Source: an uncultured Armatimonadetes bacterium (GTDB lineage: Bacteria > Armatimonadota > Hebobacteria > Hebobacterales > Hebobacteraceae). Taken from it: a DNA stretch of 64,000 nucleotides. The position numbers and the translations under genes are program-made. This document shows positions 1-11,557 of this stretch, in pieces. Location: the NCBI GenBank assembly GCA_963716175.1, contig OY970296.1:128001-192000 (forward strand), in the 5' to 3' direction. The notes under the pieces are model-generated. The model did no database searches. It had not been told where the DNA came from and saw only the letters and a program-made list of their open reading frames with translations. The number at the start of each line of letters is the position of its first letter. Position 1 is the first letter of the stretch.

Positions 1-520
1 GCCGAAACCGGCGGCACAGAAGAGCGCAGTGCCGCTGCCGGAATGGGCCCCGAAGAACCCCTCGCCGGAGTTCATGCGGGCGTGGAAAGCCCTCAAGCCG
101 GCGCCGCTTGAACAGCTTCGGGCCTTTGCGCACGGTGATAAGGCTGGCGAAGCGCAGATGATGAAGAGTCTCCGCTTCTGGCCAGCTTCCTATGAGTTCT
201 TCGGGACTCTCAGCGACGAGCAGATAGAGAAGTTTCGGGCGGAGAAAGAGCTTCGCATCCGGCCTAGAGACTTGACGGAACGTCAGCGCGCCGCTCTGGA
301 GGTGTGGTTCGCGGCCTTCCGCGAAGCCGAGAAGGGAGGCGATCCTGAGACCTCCGACTACCAGATCATGCTCTACAAGATGGGAGCAAGGGAGGACCTC
401 TCCAACGTCCGGGTCGGCTTCGTGGCGAACGCGGGCCACGCGGTGCACATCGCGTTCTGGATCACAGTGCCTGGAGGGAAGGAGGTGGGCCCCATATGCA
501 CGTGGTTCGCGGAGCTGTGA
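1..520 (+). CDS. Hypothetical protein, 5'-truncated by window edge; paralog of 544..1158
   Basis: Frame open from position 2 (PKPAAQKSAVPLPEWAPKNPSPEF). Shares PLPEWAPKNPSPEF, PASYEFFGTL and YKMGxxEDLSNVxVGF with the next ORF. Confidence 0.8.
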   Translation, partial: PKPAAQKSAVPLPEWAPKNPSPEFMRAWKALKPAPLEQLRAFAHGDKAGEAQMMKSLRFWPASYEFFGTLSDEQIEKFRAEKELRIRPRDLTERQRAALEVWFAAFREAEKGGDPETSDYQIMLYKMGAREDLSNVRVGFVANAGHAVHIAFWITVPGGKEVGPICTWFAEL

Positions 521-543
521 GGGACAGCCACAGAGGAGGAAGC

Positions 544-1158
544 ATGGTTCGGTTCGGGTTCATCGTTGGCATCATCGTGATCGCTGTACTCGCATCAGCC
601 GGCTGCGGTCATCGCACCACACGGAAGTCGGGTGCGGCTACGCCTGCGCCAAAGAGCGCCATCCCGCTCCCCGAATGGGCCCCCAAGAACCCCTCGCCGG
701 AGTTCCTGCGGGCGGCGCGGGTGCTCAGGCCAATGCCGGATGAGATGGTGCAGCAAATGGCTGGGGAATCGCCGGGGCTGAAGGTCTTGTTCCAGCGGTA
801 TCACGGCACGTTTCCGGCGAGCTATGAGTTCTTCGGTACGCTCGATGATCGCCAGATCGAGCATTTCCGCGCTGCCAAGGTTGTCCGCATTCCAGCTAAG
901 TCCCTAACAGCGAAGCAAAAGAGTGCCCTCAACCACTGGTTCGAGAGCTGGCGCGAAGTCATGAAAGGAGCGGGCTCGGGATTTGAGGATTACCTGGTCA
1001 CTGTCTACAAGATGGGTGGCAAGGAAGACCTCTCGAACGTGGATGTCGGTTTCTTCGCGCCGGGCGGAGCAGGTGGCCACAACGTCCATATCTACTTCTG
1101 GGTGCGAATGCCCGATGGGAAAGTGAATGACTTCGGCACCGCGTTCGCGATCATCTGA
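544..1158 (+). CDS. Putative lipoprotein, unknown function
   Basis: GAGGAGGA SD before ATG 544; hydrophobic signal ending LASAGC (lipobox-like); paralog of upstream ORF. Confidence 0.8.
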   Translation: MVRFGFIVGIIVIAVLASAGCGHRTTRKSGAATPAPKSAIPLPEWAPKNPSPEFLRAARVLRPMPDEMVQQMAGESPGLKVLFQRYHGTFPASYEFFGTLDDRQIEHFRAAKVVRIPAKSLTAKQKSALNHWFESWREVMKGAGSGFEDYLVTVYKMGGKEDLSNVDVGFFAPGGAGGHNVHIYFWVRMPDGKVNDFGTAFAII

Positions 1159-1178
1159 GTGCCGTAGGATGGCGCCCG

Positions 1179-3666
1179 ATGGCTGACACCCTCCATCTCG
1201 CCTGGCTTTCCATAACTCGCCACCGGCTGCGCTCCCTGCTCGCCATGGCGGGGGTGGCGGTAGGGGTGTGCGCGCTGACCTCGATCATGTCGGTGGAGAA
1301 GTCGTGGCGGCGGGCGGTGACGGATTTCTTCTCCTCTATGGACCTGGAGACGGTGCGAGTGGCGCTGCCCGCGGGCGAGAAGTGGCGGGAGCAGGGGTTC
1401 AGGAAGCCGGCGCTAGACAGCAGCGATCTCGCTGCCGTCTCGGCGCTGCGGCCGGCGGTCGCGTCGGCGACGCTGATGAGCTGGACGACGATGCGCGCCG
1501 AGACCGACGACGGCTCGGCCTTAGAACTGGCGGTGCGCGCGGTGGACGCGGACTTCACCAGGACGCTGCCAGACGAAGTGAAAGAGGGGCGGCTGTTCAC
1601 CGCCGCAGAGGCGGCGAAGCAGGCTCCAGTCTGCCTGCTCTCATTCGAGGCGAGGGTGTGGCTGTTCGGCGACGGGCAAGCGGTCGGCCGCCGCATCCGC
1701 ATCGAGGGGAACGGGTTCGAGGTCGTGGGCGTGATCGCCGGCAACCGCCACGCCGGAATCGGAACGCGGGCGGTCTACGTGCCCGCGAGCTGGACCCGCG
1801 CGCTGCTCAAGGCGCGATTCGGCATCGAGCCGCAGACCGAGGTCTTCGCCCGCACCACCGACCCGAAGCTCGCGGTGGCGCAGATCGAGCGACTGATGCG
1901 CGAGCGCGCCGGCGGAGACAACACCCGACCGTTCACTCACTCCCTCTGGCAGGTGCGTGAGGCCGCCCTCAACGCACGCAACCGCGCCACCCTCTACAGC
2001 GGGATAGCGGGCCTCTGCGCGCTGTTGGCGGCAGGCATCGGCATCGCTTCACTGCTCTTCGTCTCGGTCGCAGAGCGCTCCCGCGAGATCGGCGTTCACC
2101 GGGCGCTGGGCGCGTCGAAGGCGCATATCTACGGCGAGTATCTGCTGGCGTCGGTCATGCTCTCCTCGGGCGGGGCGCTGCTCGGCGCGCTCGGGGGCAT
2201 CCCGGCAGCCGCGGCGGGCGCGTTCACCTCGCGCTGGCAGCCTGTGCTCGACCCGCTCGCGGGTGAGATGCTGATGGAGGGCGCACGCGAACTGCCCAAG
2301 CTCTCAGACATCGCGCTGATGGTGTCGTGGGATGCGATCGCCATCGCGGTGGCGCTGGCGCTGCTCACCGGCGCAACTGCGGCGCTGGCGCCGGCATCGG
2401 AGGCGGCCGCGGTTGATCCGGCACTGGCCATGTCGCTGCGCCCGGGCACGCGCAACTACCTGCGCAAGTTGCTGACGTGCTTGCAGGTGGGCTTCGGCGT
2501 TCTTGTCCTCGTCGTGCTGACATCATACTTCTCCGTGCTCGAAAGCCAGGAGAAGGCCGAGGCGCGCGATCTGCTAGGCCAGGATCGAGTGTCGGCGATC
2601 GCGGACCCGATCGCCGCGCTGCGGAAGCCGGTCGAGAGGAAATACCTGGAGGGGTGCAAGGACGCGCTGGCGAGCGTCGCCGGCTCGCCCGCCGCGCTCG
2701 ACAGGCTGCGCCGCGCAGACCCCCCTGCTCGCGTCGCTGACCCCGGTCGTCCCGCTCACGCTATCTGTTGGGTCGGGCGCAGGTAAGGCTCAGGAGGTCG
2801 AGGTGATGCTGACCACGGCCGAGGTCTTCGCCTACAAGCCCGAGCTGGTGGGTCAGGAACTGCAGCGAGTGGTGCGCGCCTTCCGCGCAGGGGAGCCCGT
2901 CGCCGTCATCAACCCCGAGGTGAAGGATGATCTCTTCGCAAAACAGGACCCAGTGGGCAAGACGATCAGCATCGCGGGCAGCAGATTCACGGTCATCGCC
3001 GTTCGCCCCAACCCCGTGGGCATGTCGGGGATGCGTCAGGCCTGGGCGCCAATCGCGTTCTACCAGACGCTGAAGCGCCGGGCGCCGCCGGGCTCGGCGA
3101 TGAGCTTCATGGACGAGGCGCGGGTTGACGCGCGGCCGGTGGATGAGCGCCGCTACGCGGAGGCGCTGGCGCAACTGCGGGACGCGCTGCTGCCGATGCT
3201 GCCGGAGCAGTACCGCAGGGGCATCAAGTTCAGCGAGCAGATCCCGGAGACCACCAAGCAGTTCATCTTCCAGCAGAAGGCGGTGGCAGTGCGTGGCGCG
3301 GTCGGCGCTCTGGCGGTGCTGCTGGTGGCTCTGATCGGACTGGCGAACATGCTGTTGGTGTCGGTGCACCAGGAGGTGCGCGAGACCGGCGTGCGGCGCG
3401 CCTTCGGCGCGCAGAAGTCAGATGTGGTCATGCACTTCCTGGGCGAAGGTCTGCTGCTGAGTGTCGTTGGCAGCGCCGGCGGCCTGGCGGCAGGCGGGCT
3501 GGTCTGCTGGGCGACGCGGGTGTGGGCGAACCTGCCGATCTCCGTGTCAGCGTTCTGGGCCGTAGCCGGCGCAGTGGCGACGGTCGTGGCAGGCGCGGCG
3601 ACTTCGCTGCTGCCGGCGGCGGTGGCCGCGCGGATCCATCCGGTTGAGGCACTTCGCTATGAATGA
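1179..3666 (+). CDS. ABC transporter permease with duplicated MacB-PCD/FtsX units; +1 frameshift near 2712
   Basis: RHRLRSLLAMAGVAVGV, SVAERSREIGVHRALGA, SVHQEVRETGVRRAFGA, IHPVEALRYE. Removing one C near 2712 joins ORFs 1179..2786 and 2803..3666 (RLRAQTPLLASLTPVV...), matching the architecture of the intact paralog 4893..7445. Confidence 0.85.
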
Positions 3667-3675
3667 GGGCCGATC

Positions 3676-4896
3676 ATGATGTGGTTTCGAGTGCTGGGGC
3701 TGATCGTTGTCGTCATCGTCATCGCGGCGATGGGAGGCTGGTGGTTGATGCGAGGCCAGACAGCCGCGCCGCCAATCGGGGCGAGCGCGGACCGGCTGAA
3801 GGCCGACGCTGGGGCGGCTGCGCCCAGGTCGGAGCCGCTCCCCAAGATCGACCGCGATACGTTGACCTTGCCAGGCATCGTCGAGCCCTACGAGAGCGTG
3901 CCGGTGAGCGCCAGACTCACCGCCAACATCGCCTCCATGAAGGTCCGCGACAGCACTCTGGTTACGAAGGGTGAACTGCTCTGCGTGCTCGACGATACCG
4001 ACCTGCGGCAGGATATAGACTCCGCGCAGCTGGCGTTGATGCAGGCCCAGGAAACCCTCCGAAGATCGAAGGAAACCCACAACGCTGACCTGGAGCGCAA
4101 GCGGGTGGTGATGGCGACCGCGCAGACCGATCTGGAGAGCTTCCGCACCGAAAGCGCGGCGCAGATCCAGCAGGCGGAAGCGGCCCTGAGGCGAGCGCAA
4201 GCTGAGGCGGAGCGGTATCAGAAACTGTATCAGTCGAATGCCATCTCCGAGGAGCAGGTGCGGCTGAAGCGAGAGGCGGCCGAGGACGCTGAGACCGCGC
4301 TCGAGCAGCACCGGGCAGCGGCCGCGGCCGGCATCGCGTCCCGGCAGAGGGCGCTCCAGCAGGCGCAACTCGAGGCCGGGCAGGAGTCGGTGTCCGAGAA
4401 GGACATCATCGCGGCCGAGCTGGCGGTCACCAATGCCCAGAACGAGTTCTCGAAGCGGGAGCGGAGAAGAGCCGACATCCGCATTATGGCCCCGGTCGGC
4501 GGAACGGTGCACTTCATCCCGCGCACGCGGACCACGGCCATGGTCGTGACCGGCCCCGGCGCAGAGGTGCTCGGGCCGGGCGTGCGGGTGTACGAGGGCG
4601 ATCCGTTCCTGGAGATCGCGACCACCGAGCAGGCCTGCGTGCGCATCGAGGTGGATGAGACGGACATTGGGCGGCTCCACATCGGCATGCCCGCGAAGAT
4701 CACCGGCGACGCGTTCGCCGGGCGCGAGCTGACCGGGCGGATATCGGAGATCCAGACATCGGGCCGCAAGGCGGGTGAAGGGGTAACGCTTTTCCCCGTC
4801 ACCGTATTCATCAGCTCACCCCTGGAGGACGTGCGCATGGGGATGACGGCTGATGTGACCATCAGGTGCCCGCCCTCAAGAAGGGACAAAGGATGA
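3676..4896 (+). CDS. Efflux RND/HlyD-family periplasmic adaptor (MacA-like)
   Basis: N-terminal TM, lipoyl halves (VTKGELLCVLD, IMAPVGGTV), long coiled coil, VDETDIGRLHIGM and RMGMTADVTI. Confidence 0.9.
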   Translation: MMWFRVLGLIVVVIVIAAMGGWWLMRGQTAAPPIGASADRLKADAGAAAPRSEPLPKIDRDTLTLPGIVEPYESVPVSARLTANIASMKVRDSTLVTKGELLCVLDDTDLRQDIDSAQLALMQAQETLRRSKETHNADLERKRVVMATAQTDLESFRTESAAQIQQAEAALRRAQAEAERYQKLYQSNAISEEQVRLKREAAEDAETALEQHRAAAAAGIASRQRALQQAQLEAGQESVSEKDIIAAELAVTNAQNEFSKRERRRADIRIMAPVGGTVHFIPRTRTTAMVVTGPGAEVLGPGVRVYEGDPFLEIATTEQACVRIEVDETDIGRLHIGMPAKITGDAFAGRELTGRISEIQTSGRKAGEGVTLFPVTVFISSPLEDVRMGMTADVTIRCPPSRRDKG

Positions 4897-7445
4897 GAGA
4901 CGTCCTCGCACTGGCCTGGCAGTCGCTACGTCTCCACAAACTTCGGGGTCTGCTTGCCATCGGCGGAGTGGCGATCGGGATCACCGCCATCACCGGGATC
5001 ATCTCGGCCGAGACCTCTTGGGTGAAGGCGCTCGACCAGACCTTCGCTCAGCTCGGCGTCACCAAGATCGCGGTGGACCCGCCGGCGGCGGACGCGAGGG
5101 CGATGCGCCGCTACCTGACGCTCGGCGACGTTGACGAGATCAGGAGCGCCTGTTCGCTGGTGAAGTCCGCAATAGCCATGAGCTGGTCGCGCATGACGGT
5201 GCGGATCGGAGGCAGCGCCCAGACTCTCACCGTCAAGGCCGCGGGCCTCGGCATCGAGGACGCGCTCGGTCTCCAGATGCTCGCCGGGCGCAAGCTCAGC
5301 GCCAATGACCTGGAGCGAAGATCGCCTGTCTGCCTGGTCTGGGACTTCGTTGCGCGCGAGGCCTTCGAGGGGCGCGACCCTCTCGGGCAGACGATGCGCA
5401 TCGGCGACCGCGCCTTCACCATTGTCGGCCTGTTCAATGACAACAGCGGCGACCACGCCTACCGCCAGGCCATGGTCGGCCGGCGGGCGGAGGCCTACAT
5501 CCCGATCACCACCGCTCAGCGCATCCCCGAGCTCAACGGCGTGCACAAGATCATGGTCCAGGCCGACGACCAGGTGGGGGCGGCGGCCCAAATCACCGCG
5601 CTGCTGCGGGATCGGCTGCGGGCGAAGTCCACCGCTACCTTCGTCACCTCTCGCGCGAGCATGAAGGATGCTGCCATTCGCTCCCGCCGCCGCGTGTCGC
5701 TCTTCGTCGCCCTCGCCGGGTTCATGGCTCTACTGGTGGCCGGCATGGGCGTGGCGAACCTGCTCTTTGTTTCCGTCGCCGAGCGGTCGAGGGAGATCGG
5801 CATGCGGCGGGCGCTGGGCGCGGGCGCCTGGGCGATAGCCTGGCAGTTCCTCGTGGAGTCGCTCCTGCTCTGCTGCGCGGGCGCCGTGGCCGGCGTAAGC
5901 GCCGCCGTGCTTCTCACCCGCGCTTTCTTCGCCATCGCTTTCCCTGACGCCATCGGCGCCCAGAATCCCATCTACTCCGCACGCGTCGAGCAGTTGGCGA
6001 CGCTGCAACTCCCGGGAGCGAAGCCTGAGGTGGCCTGGGCGGCAGTGGCCATCTCTGCCGTTGTCGCCGTGGTGACGGGGCTGCTCGCAGGGCTGGAGCC
6101 CGCCCTCACCGCCGCCGGGATCCACCCCGCTCAGGCGATTCGCGTCAGTCCGGCGCAGCGCCATCGCGCCCGGGCCGTGATGACCGTGGTGCAGCTGGCC
6201 CTTGGCGTCGCTGCTGTGCTGCTCTTGGTATCCTTCTACGAGGGACGTGCCCAGACCGAACTCGCATCACTGAAAGAAGGCGCAGGCGCGAACCGAGTCG
6301 AGCTGCGATTTGCCGATGCGATCCCGGGCTACGCCCTCAACGACAGCCTCCCCGCGATCTATACCGGCCTCAGCGGCCTGACCAAGATCGCGCAGAAGCC
6401 AGAGGAGTTCCGCAGGCTGCTCAGCGAGCTATCGCTCTTTTCCTATCTCGATCCGAGGATGCAGTACAGGACGAGTGTCCGGGCCGGCGCGCGAGCGGTG
6501 CGAGTTGAGGGCACTGAACTGCCTATCATCCTCGGTACCGTCCCGCACGCCCTGGAGGTCGATATCGACAGCGCGCGCAAGGCCGACGTCGTGCCGAAGG
6601 ACGCGGGGCCGATGATGGCCGAGGGGCAGTTCTTCTCGGATCGGGATCTGGATGAGGTGCGGCGCGTCTGCGTCCTCCCCTACTCCATGGCCCAGACCCT
6701 TTTCGGGTCCAATGCGGCCACCGGCCAGACGGTGGTCATCGGCGGCCGGCCATTTCAGGTATCGGGCGTTCTCGCGCCCTGGGTCGAGAAGGTCGGGCCG
6801 GACGCGGAGAAGCACTTCCCCGTTCTCGTGCCGGCCACGACTTTTGCCCGCGAGATCCACAGTTACACCGATATAATGGACATGGCCCAGAGCGGCTGGT
6901 TCGGGGCTGCGCTTCGCGTGAAGGACACAGCTCAGGCGCCCGCGGCGCTGAAGCAACTCGAGGCCGCGGTGCTCGCACGCATTCGGCTGCCCAAGCACGT
7001 GGTGGTCTACCCGCAGGGGGACCTGGTCTCCGCAGTCGATGTGGCGAGCCGACAGCGCTCGGCCGAGCTGCGCGCAGGAGCGGGAGGGATTGCTGCGCTC
7101 CTCATCGCCATCGTCGGCCTGGTGAACATGCTGCTGGTGTCAGTGCACGAGAGCGTGCGCGAGGTGGGCCTGCGGCGGGCGCTGGGCGCGCTGCGCAGCC
7201 AGATCGGCTGGCAGTTCGTGCGCGAGGGCATGACGCTCGCAGGGGCCGGCTCAGTGCTCGGCCTTGCCGTCGCCCTCGCCACCGCCCGGTGGCTTGGCAA
7301 GCTCGCCGACGTCCCCATCCACACGCCCGCGGCCTGGGCCGCCCTCTCCGCCATCGGCGCGGTCATCGTCGGCTGCATCGCCTCTCTGGGCCCCGCCCTC
7401 CACGCCGCCCGCGTCGAGCCCGTCGAAGCCCTGCGATACGAGTGA
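4893..7445 (+). CDS. ABC transporter permease, duplicated MacB/FtsX domains
   Basis: ATGA overlap with adaptor stop; HKLRGLLAIGGVAIGI, ERSREIGMRRALGA, EPVEALRYE. Confidence 0.9.
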   Translation: MRDVLALAWQSLRLHKLRGLLAIGGVAIGITAITGIISAETSWVKALDQTFAQLGVTKIAVDPPAADARAMRRYLTLGDVDEIRSACSLVKSAIAMSWSRMTVRIGGSAQTLTVKAAGLGIEDALGLQMLAGRKLSANDLERRSPVCLVWDFVAREAFEGRDPLGQTMRIGDRAFTIVGLFNDNSGDHAYRQAMVGRRAEAYIPITTAQRIPELNGVHKIMVQADDQVGAAAQITALLRDRLRAKSTATFVTSRASMKDAAIRSRRRVSLFVALAGFMALLVAGMGVANLLFVSVAERSREIGMRRALGAGAWAIAWQFLVESLLLCCAGAVAGVSAAVLLTRAFFAIAFPDAIGAQNPIYSARVEQLATLQLPGAKPEVAWAAVAISAVVAVVTGLLAGLEPALTAAGIHPAQAIRVSPAQRHRARAVMTVVQLALGVAAVLLLVSFYEGRAQTELASLKEGAGANRVELRFADAIPGYALNDSLPAIYTGLSGLTKIAQKPEEFRRLLSELSLFSYLDPRMQYRTSVRAGARAVRVEGTELPIILGTVPHALEVDIDSARKADVVPKDAGPMMAEGQFFSDRDLDEVRRVCVLPYSMAQTLFGSNAATGQTVVIGGRPFQVSGVLAPWVEKVGPDAEKHFPVLVPATTFAREIHSYTDIMDMAQSGWFGAALRVKDTAQAPAALKQLEAAVLARIRLPKHVVVYPQGDLVSAVDVASRQRSAELRAGAGGIAALLIAIVGLVNMLLVSVHESVREVGLRRALGALRSQIGWQFVREGMTLAGAGSVLGLAVALATARWLGKLADVPIHTPAAWAALSAIGAVIVGCIASLGPALHAARVEPVEALRYE

Positions 7446-7464
7446 GGAAAAGGGAGAAGAAGCC

Positions 7465-8169
7465 ATGGCAATGCCGAGAGAAGATTGGGTCATACCCCTG
7501 ATCAGGCTGAAGGATATCAAGAAAACCTACGTCATGGGCAAGGTCCCGGTGGGCGCGCTGCAGGGCGTGAACCTTGAGATCTCCGATGGCGAGATGGTGG
7601 CGATCATGGGGCCGTCGGGATCGGGAAAGACCACGCTGCTGAACATCCTTGGGCTACTCGACACTCCTTCGATCGGGTCATACAGACTGGCAGGCGACGA
7701 AGTGGCGAAGCTGGCCGATCGCAGGCGCAGCCAGCTCAGGAACAAGCGCTTCGGGTTCGTGTTCCAGGTCTACAACCTGCTGCCGCGGCTCACCGCGGCC
7801 GAGAATGTGATGATCCCACTGATCTACGGGGGCGTGAAGAAGCGGGATCGCCGGCCGCGGGCGGAAGCCGCGCTGGAGGCGGTGGGGCTCAAGGACCGCC
7901 TCCGCCATAGGCCGAGCGAACTCTCCGGCGGCGAGCAGCAGCGAGTCGCCATCGCGCGGGCGCTCGTGAACGAACCCTCGGTGATCCTGGCCGATGAGCC
8001 GACGGGGAACCTGGACAGCAAGTCGGGCGCGGCGATCATGGACTTGATGCAGCAGCTTCACCAGGATCGCAAGGTCACCATCGTTCTTGTTACACACGAC
8101 TCGAACATCGCTGCCCGCGCCGAGCGCACTATCCGGCTGAGCGACGGGCAGGTCGAGGCCGTCGCATAG
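7465..8169 (+). CDS. ABC transporter ATP-binding protein (LolD/MacB-like)
   Basis: Walker A GPSGSGKT, signature LSGGEQQRV, Walker [16 protein letters not shown]. Confidence 0.95.
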   Translation: MAMPREDWVIPLIRLKDIKKTYVMGKVPVGALQGVNLEISDGEMVAIMGPSGSGKTTLLNILGLLDTPSIGSYRLAGDEVAKLADRRRSQLRNKRFGFVFQVYNLLPRLTAAENVMIPLIYGGVKKRDRRPRAEAALEAVGLKDRLRHRPSELSGGEQQRVAIARALVNEPSVILADEPTGNLDSKSGAAIMDLMQQLHQDRKVTIVLVTHDSNIAARAERTIRLSDGQVEAVA

Positions 8170-8438
8170 GCAGACTCGGGGGCCGCCGGGACTGCTCTTT
8201 GTTCATCTGTGTGTCTCAGGCAGCCGTGGAGCCACCTGTCCTTGTTACGCGGCAATGGAACCGCCCAGATTGGCGTCTCTCGACCATTAGGTGCCGCACC
8301 GGTGGCAGCACCAACCCGGCCGGGTCCGACATGGATCCCACATATGGATAGCTGCACCGGCAGCGCGGGCATACGGCGCCGGGTGCTGTCCGCGGTGGCC
8401 CATGCTTCCCTGGGCCGGAGCGTGCAAGGCCGGTTCCA

Positions 8439-8618
8439 TCACAGCCTAACAACCACACGGGCCAGGGAGCGGCGTTCTTCATGGGTGCAGCGCAGCCGGC
8501 CCGGCATCTTGGACTTGAGCGTCCGGTTCTCCAGCAGCAGGTGCCTGTTCTGCAATGTCAGCTCCCGACACAGCAGTCGCGCCAAGGGGGCGATCACGGG
8601 CAGGTGGACCCACTCGAC
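8439..8618 (-). pseudogene. Remnant N-terminus of an integrase-core-domain (DDE) transposase
   Basis: Translates [51 protein letters not shown], resembling the ELxxQNEYLxxENRILxSKxPGRxRFTDEERRSL N-terminus of this transposase group. Start degenerate; no catalytic domain follows. Confidence 0.55.
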
Positions 8619-8875
8619 TCCCCGCTCAGTATCCCTTTCGATCCTCGCTAGCCTCCCGCAATAGGGGTATCAGCGAGTGCCGAGGATACCACGAGAGGCC
8701 GCAGGAGCAGTCTGGCAGCCAGATGAGTTTCGGAACAGGACCAGGAAGGGCGTTGACCCCGAAGACCCTGCCGGCCAGCCCGCCTGAGGCGGGCTGGCCG
8801 CGGCAGGGGCAAGCTCTCGCCTCACGAAGAGAGCACCCGCGGGCCTTGACTCTTGGTGAAAGGAGATTCCCCTTG

Positions 8876-9868
8876 ATGTCTGCCGGCGGTAGCGCAGGCT
8901 CCCAGCCTGCGGGCCAGCGCCGCGGTTCCCGGGTGCTGGTGGTGGGGAGCATCAACATGGACTTGATCGTGCGCTGCTGCAAGGTGCCGCGGTCGGGCGA
9001 GACCGTCCATGGGGAGGAGGTGGTCACAGCCGCGGGGGGCAAAGGTGCTAACCAAGCCGTCGCCTGTGCGCGCCTGGGCGCGCGGACAGTGATGGTGGGG
9101 CGAGTGGGAAACGATGATTTCGGCCGCCGCCTGCGCGCCGGGATGAAGGCGGAGGGAGTGGCGGTGGACCATGTGCGCACTGACTTCGGCGCGGCCACCG
9201 GGGTGGCGCTGATCTTGCTGGAGCCCTCTGGCGAGAACCGAATCATAGTAATCGGCGGGGCCAACCTCCGGCTGGATGACGAAGATGCGGCCGCGGTGAG
9301 AAGGCTGCTGAAGAAGGCCGATGCCTTGGTGATGCAGCTTGAGATTCCGCTGCCAATAGTGATGGCGGCGGCAGAGGCAGCGCGGGAGCTCGGAGTGCTC
9401 AGCCTGCTGGATGCGGGCGCGGCCACACCCGCGGCGGCGGAGGCCGGGCTGCCGGCCCTGGTGGATGTGATCTCCCCGAATGAGGGCGAGGCGGAGGCGC
9501 TCACTGGGGCGAGAGTGCGCGAAGTGCGGGAGGCGCGGGCCGCGGCCGAGCGATTGCGAGAGATGGGAAGCAGGGAGGTGGTGATCAAGCTCGGCGGCCG
9601 GGGCGCCTACTGGCTGGGGCCGGCGGGGGAGGGGCACTTCGCGGCATTCCCCGTGGATCCGGTTGACACCACCGCCGCCGGGGACGCCTTCACCGGAGCG
9701 CTGGCCGTGAGTCTGGCCAGCGGGAGGGAGATGCCGGAGGCGATCCGGCGGGCCAATGCCGCGGGGGCGCTGGCCTGCCTCAAGCTGGGCGCGCAGCCGT
9801 CCATGCCCACCGCGTCCGAGGTTGATGAATTTCTGCAGCAGCAGCGGCGGGGCCGTGCGCGGCGATAG
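8876..9868 (+). CDS. rbsK: Ribokinase (PfkB family)
   Basis: [34 protein letters not shown]; AGGAGA SD before ATG 8876. Confidence 0.9.
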   Translation: MSAGGSAGSQPAGQRRGSRVLVVGSINMDLIVRCCKVPRSGETVHGEEVVTAAGGKGANQAVACARLGARTVMVGRVGNDDFGRRLRAGMKAEGVAVDHVRTDFGAATGVALILLEPSGENRIIVIGGANLRLDDEDAAAVRRLLKKADALVMQLEIPLPIVMAAAEAARELGVLSLLDAGAATPAAAEAGLPALVDVISPNEGEAEALTGARVREVREARAAAERLREMGSREVVIKLGGRGAYWLGPAGEGHFAAFPVDPVDTTAAGDAFTGALAVSLASGREMPEAIRRANAAGALACLKLGAQPSMPTASEVDEFLQQQRRGRARR

Positions 9869-9956
9869 CATCGGGACGGGCGGCGAGATCAAGGCCAAGC
9901 GGATGCGGAGGTTCAGGCCGGGCGACGCCCCGGCTGCCGGTTCCGTAGCATAGGTC

Positions 9957-11309
9957 CTATCCCCGCTGCCCGCCCCGGGGCACATGACGTGCCACCAGAT
10001 ACATGCGCTCCGCCATCTCGCTGATGCTGGTTTCGGGGAGCCCCTTCAGGTGCGTCCTGATCCGGTCGTGGAACGGATCGGTCCAGTAGGCAGGAATCCC
10101 CTGGGTGCCGAGGGCGCAGCCCATGATCGAGCCGGCGGTGGCGCCATTGCAGTCGGTGTCCAGCCCTGCCATCACCGCGATGCCGATTGTCTTGCTGAAA
10201 TCGCCCTCTCCCTTCAGCAGCGCCATGATCACGATCGCCGCGTTCGGCAGGGAATGGTTGACGATTTGGGTCTCCTTTGGGTAGTGGCTGCGGATGGCCT
10301 CGTTCACGGACTCCCATGACTCCTGCTCGGCGCACTCAGACCTGACGAACCGGAGCATCTCCGCGAAGCGCGACTTCGGGGGCACGTAGTGCTCCGCAGT
10401 CCGCAACGCTTGGAGCACATCTCCCTCGATCAGTGCGCTGGCCATCAGCACCGAGAAGAAGATTGCAGAGTAGATGCCGTTGCGCACCTGGGAGTTTGAA
10501 GCGTCCCGATGCGCGATGGCGGCAGCCAACCAGGGATTACCCGGGGCCGCCCAGCCCCAGGGGTCGCACCTGATCTGGCCGCCGAGTGACTGGCGACAGG
10601 GATTCCCGTAGACGGCTGTGTGCGGGGGAGTGAGACCGAAGAGGGCTGTGCGAAACATGCTCCGGCCGGCCGCGTAGAGGGACGATACGGGCGTTACCTC
10701 GATCAGCTTGGCGATGGCCTGCTGCGGCGTGAAATCGAGGCCGAACTGCTCCAGCACGAGCTGTCCCACGATGGTGTAGAGGATATCGTCATCGGGCTCG
10801 ACCGAGTTGAAGCTCCCTTTGCACAGGCCCTTCCGGTAGTGGGCCCTGAATGCGGCGCTGGAGGTGGCGAGCTCTTGCTGGCGCTGCTCAGACACTGAGT
10901 TCATGTAGTCGAGTAGCGGCCACGAGCCGACACTGATGAGAAGCTCGCGTACGGCCGCGGGCGGTGCCCCCTCTACGGGCTTGCCAAGCTGACAGCCGGC
11001 ACAGCGACCGCGCCATGCCGCCAGGAGCCGGTCGGCAAGATCATCATCGCCGATCTGTCCCCGCGTCGATCCGCTGTCGGGGAAGTGGCTGGAGATCGAC
11101 TCCCAGTCATTGGGCTCTTCATAGGGATACCGCGCCGGAGAAGGCCGCTGCCAGAGGTCTCCCTGCAAAGCCACCAACGCGTCGAAGGAACGCGTCGATC
11201 TTGCCGCCTCCAGCTCACTGAGCAGAGCGTTTTCGTCGTGTCCTTCCTCTACCATCTGCGATATGTCCAGACGCAGGTCGTTGAGTACGATGTCGTACAG
11301 CGGATGCAT
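9957..11309 (-). CDS. ADP-ribosylglycohydrolase family protein
   Basis: AWRGRCAGCQLGKPVEG, PDDDILYT, GGQIRCDPWG, GLDTDCNGATAGS. Confidence 0.85.
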   Translation of the reverse strand: MHPLYDIVLNDLRLDISQMVEEGHDENALLSELEAARSTRSFDALVALQGDLWQRPSPARYPYEEPNDWESISSHFPDSGSTRGQIGDDDLADRLLAAWRGRCAGCQLGKPVEGAPPAAVRELLISVGSWPLLDYMNSVSEQRQQELATSSAAFRAHYRKGLCKGSFNSVEPDDDILYTIVGQLVLEQFGLDFTPQQAIAKLIEVTPVSSLYAAGRSMFRTALFGLTPPHTAVYGNPCRQSLGGQIRCDPWGWAAPGNPWLAAAIAHRDASNSQVRNGIYSAIFFSVLMASALIEGDVLQALRTAEHYVPPKSRFAEMLRFVRSECAEQESWESVNEAIRSHYPKETQIVNHSLPNAAIVIMALLKGEGDFSKTIGIAVMAGLDTDCNGATAGSIMGCALGTQGIPAYWTDPFHDRIRTHLKGLPETSISEMAERMYLVARHVPRGGQRG

Positions 11310-11557
11310 CACGCTCCTCCATGACCCAAGAAGCAGAGCACTGGGCTCGGCGTACGCCGTTGCGCCTAACCCCAAGCGGCATACTACTGCGGCGCGGGGT
11401 GCCTGCCCTGCTGCGAACGTCAGGTATGAGTTGGGCACTCACGCATATCGGCAGCCTGCGGGCGCGATGCGCGCTGATGATCTTCAGGGCGAGGTGAGGG
11501 CGGTCGCAGGGCGAACTAGCACCGGCATACAGAGCCGCTCAGGGAGGCGGCAGTCCG

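Noticed and set aside
2700-2730. Programmed ribosomal frameshifting at the split genes
   Set aside because: No slippery heptamers or stimulatory structures, and an intact paralog exists; sequencing error is simpler.
4860-4896. Frameshift fusing adaptor and second permease (GTG 4866 frame)
   Set aside because: The ATGA stop/start overlap at 4893-4896 explains the junction, and the adaptor is complete.
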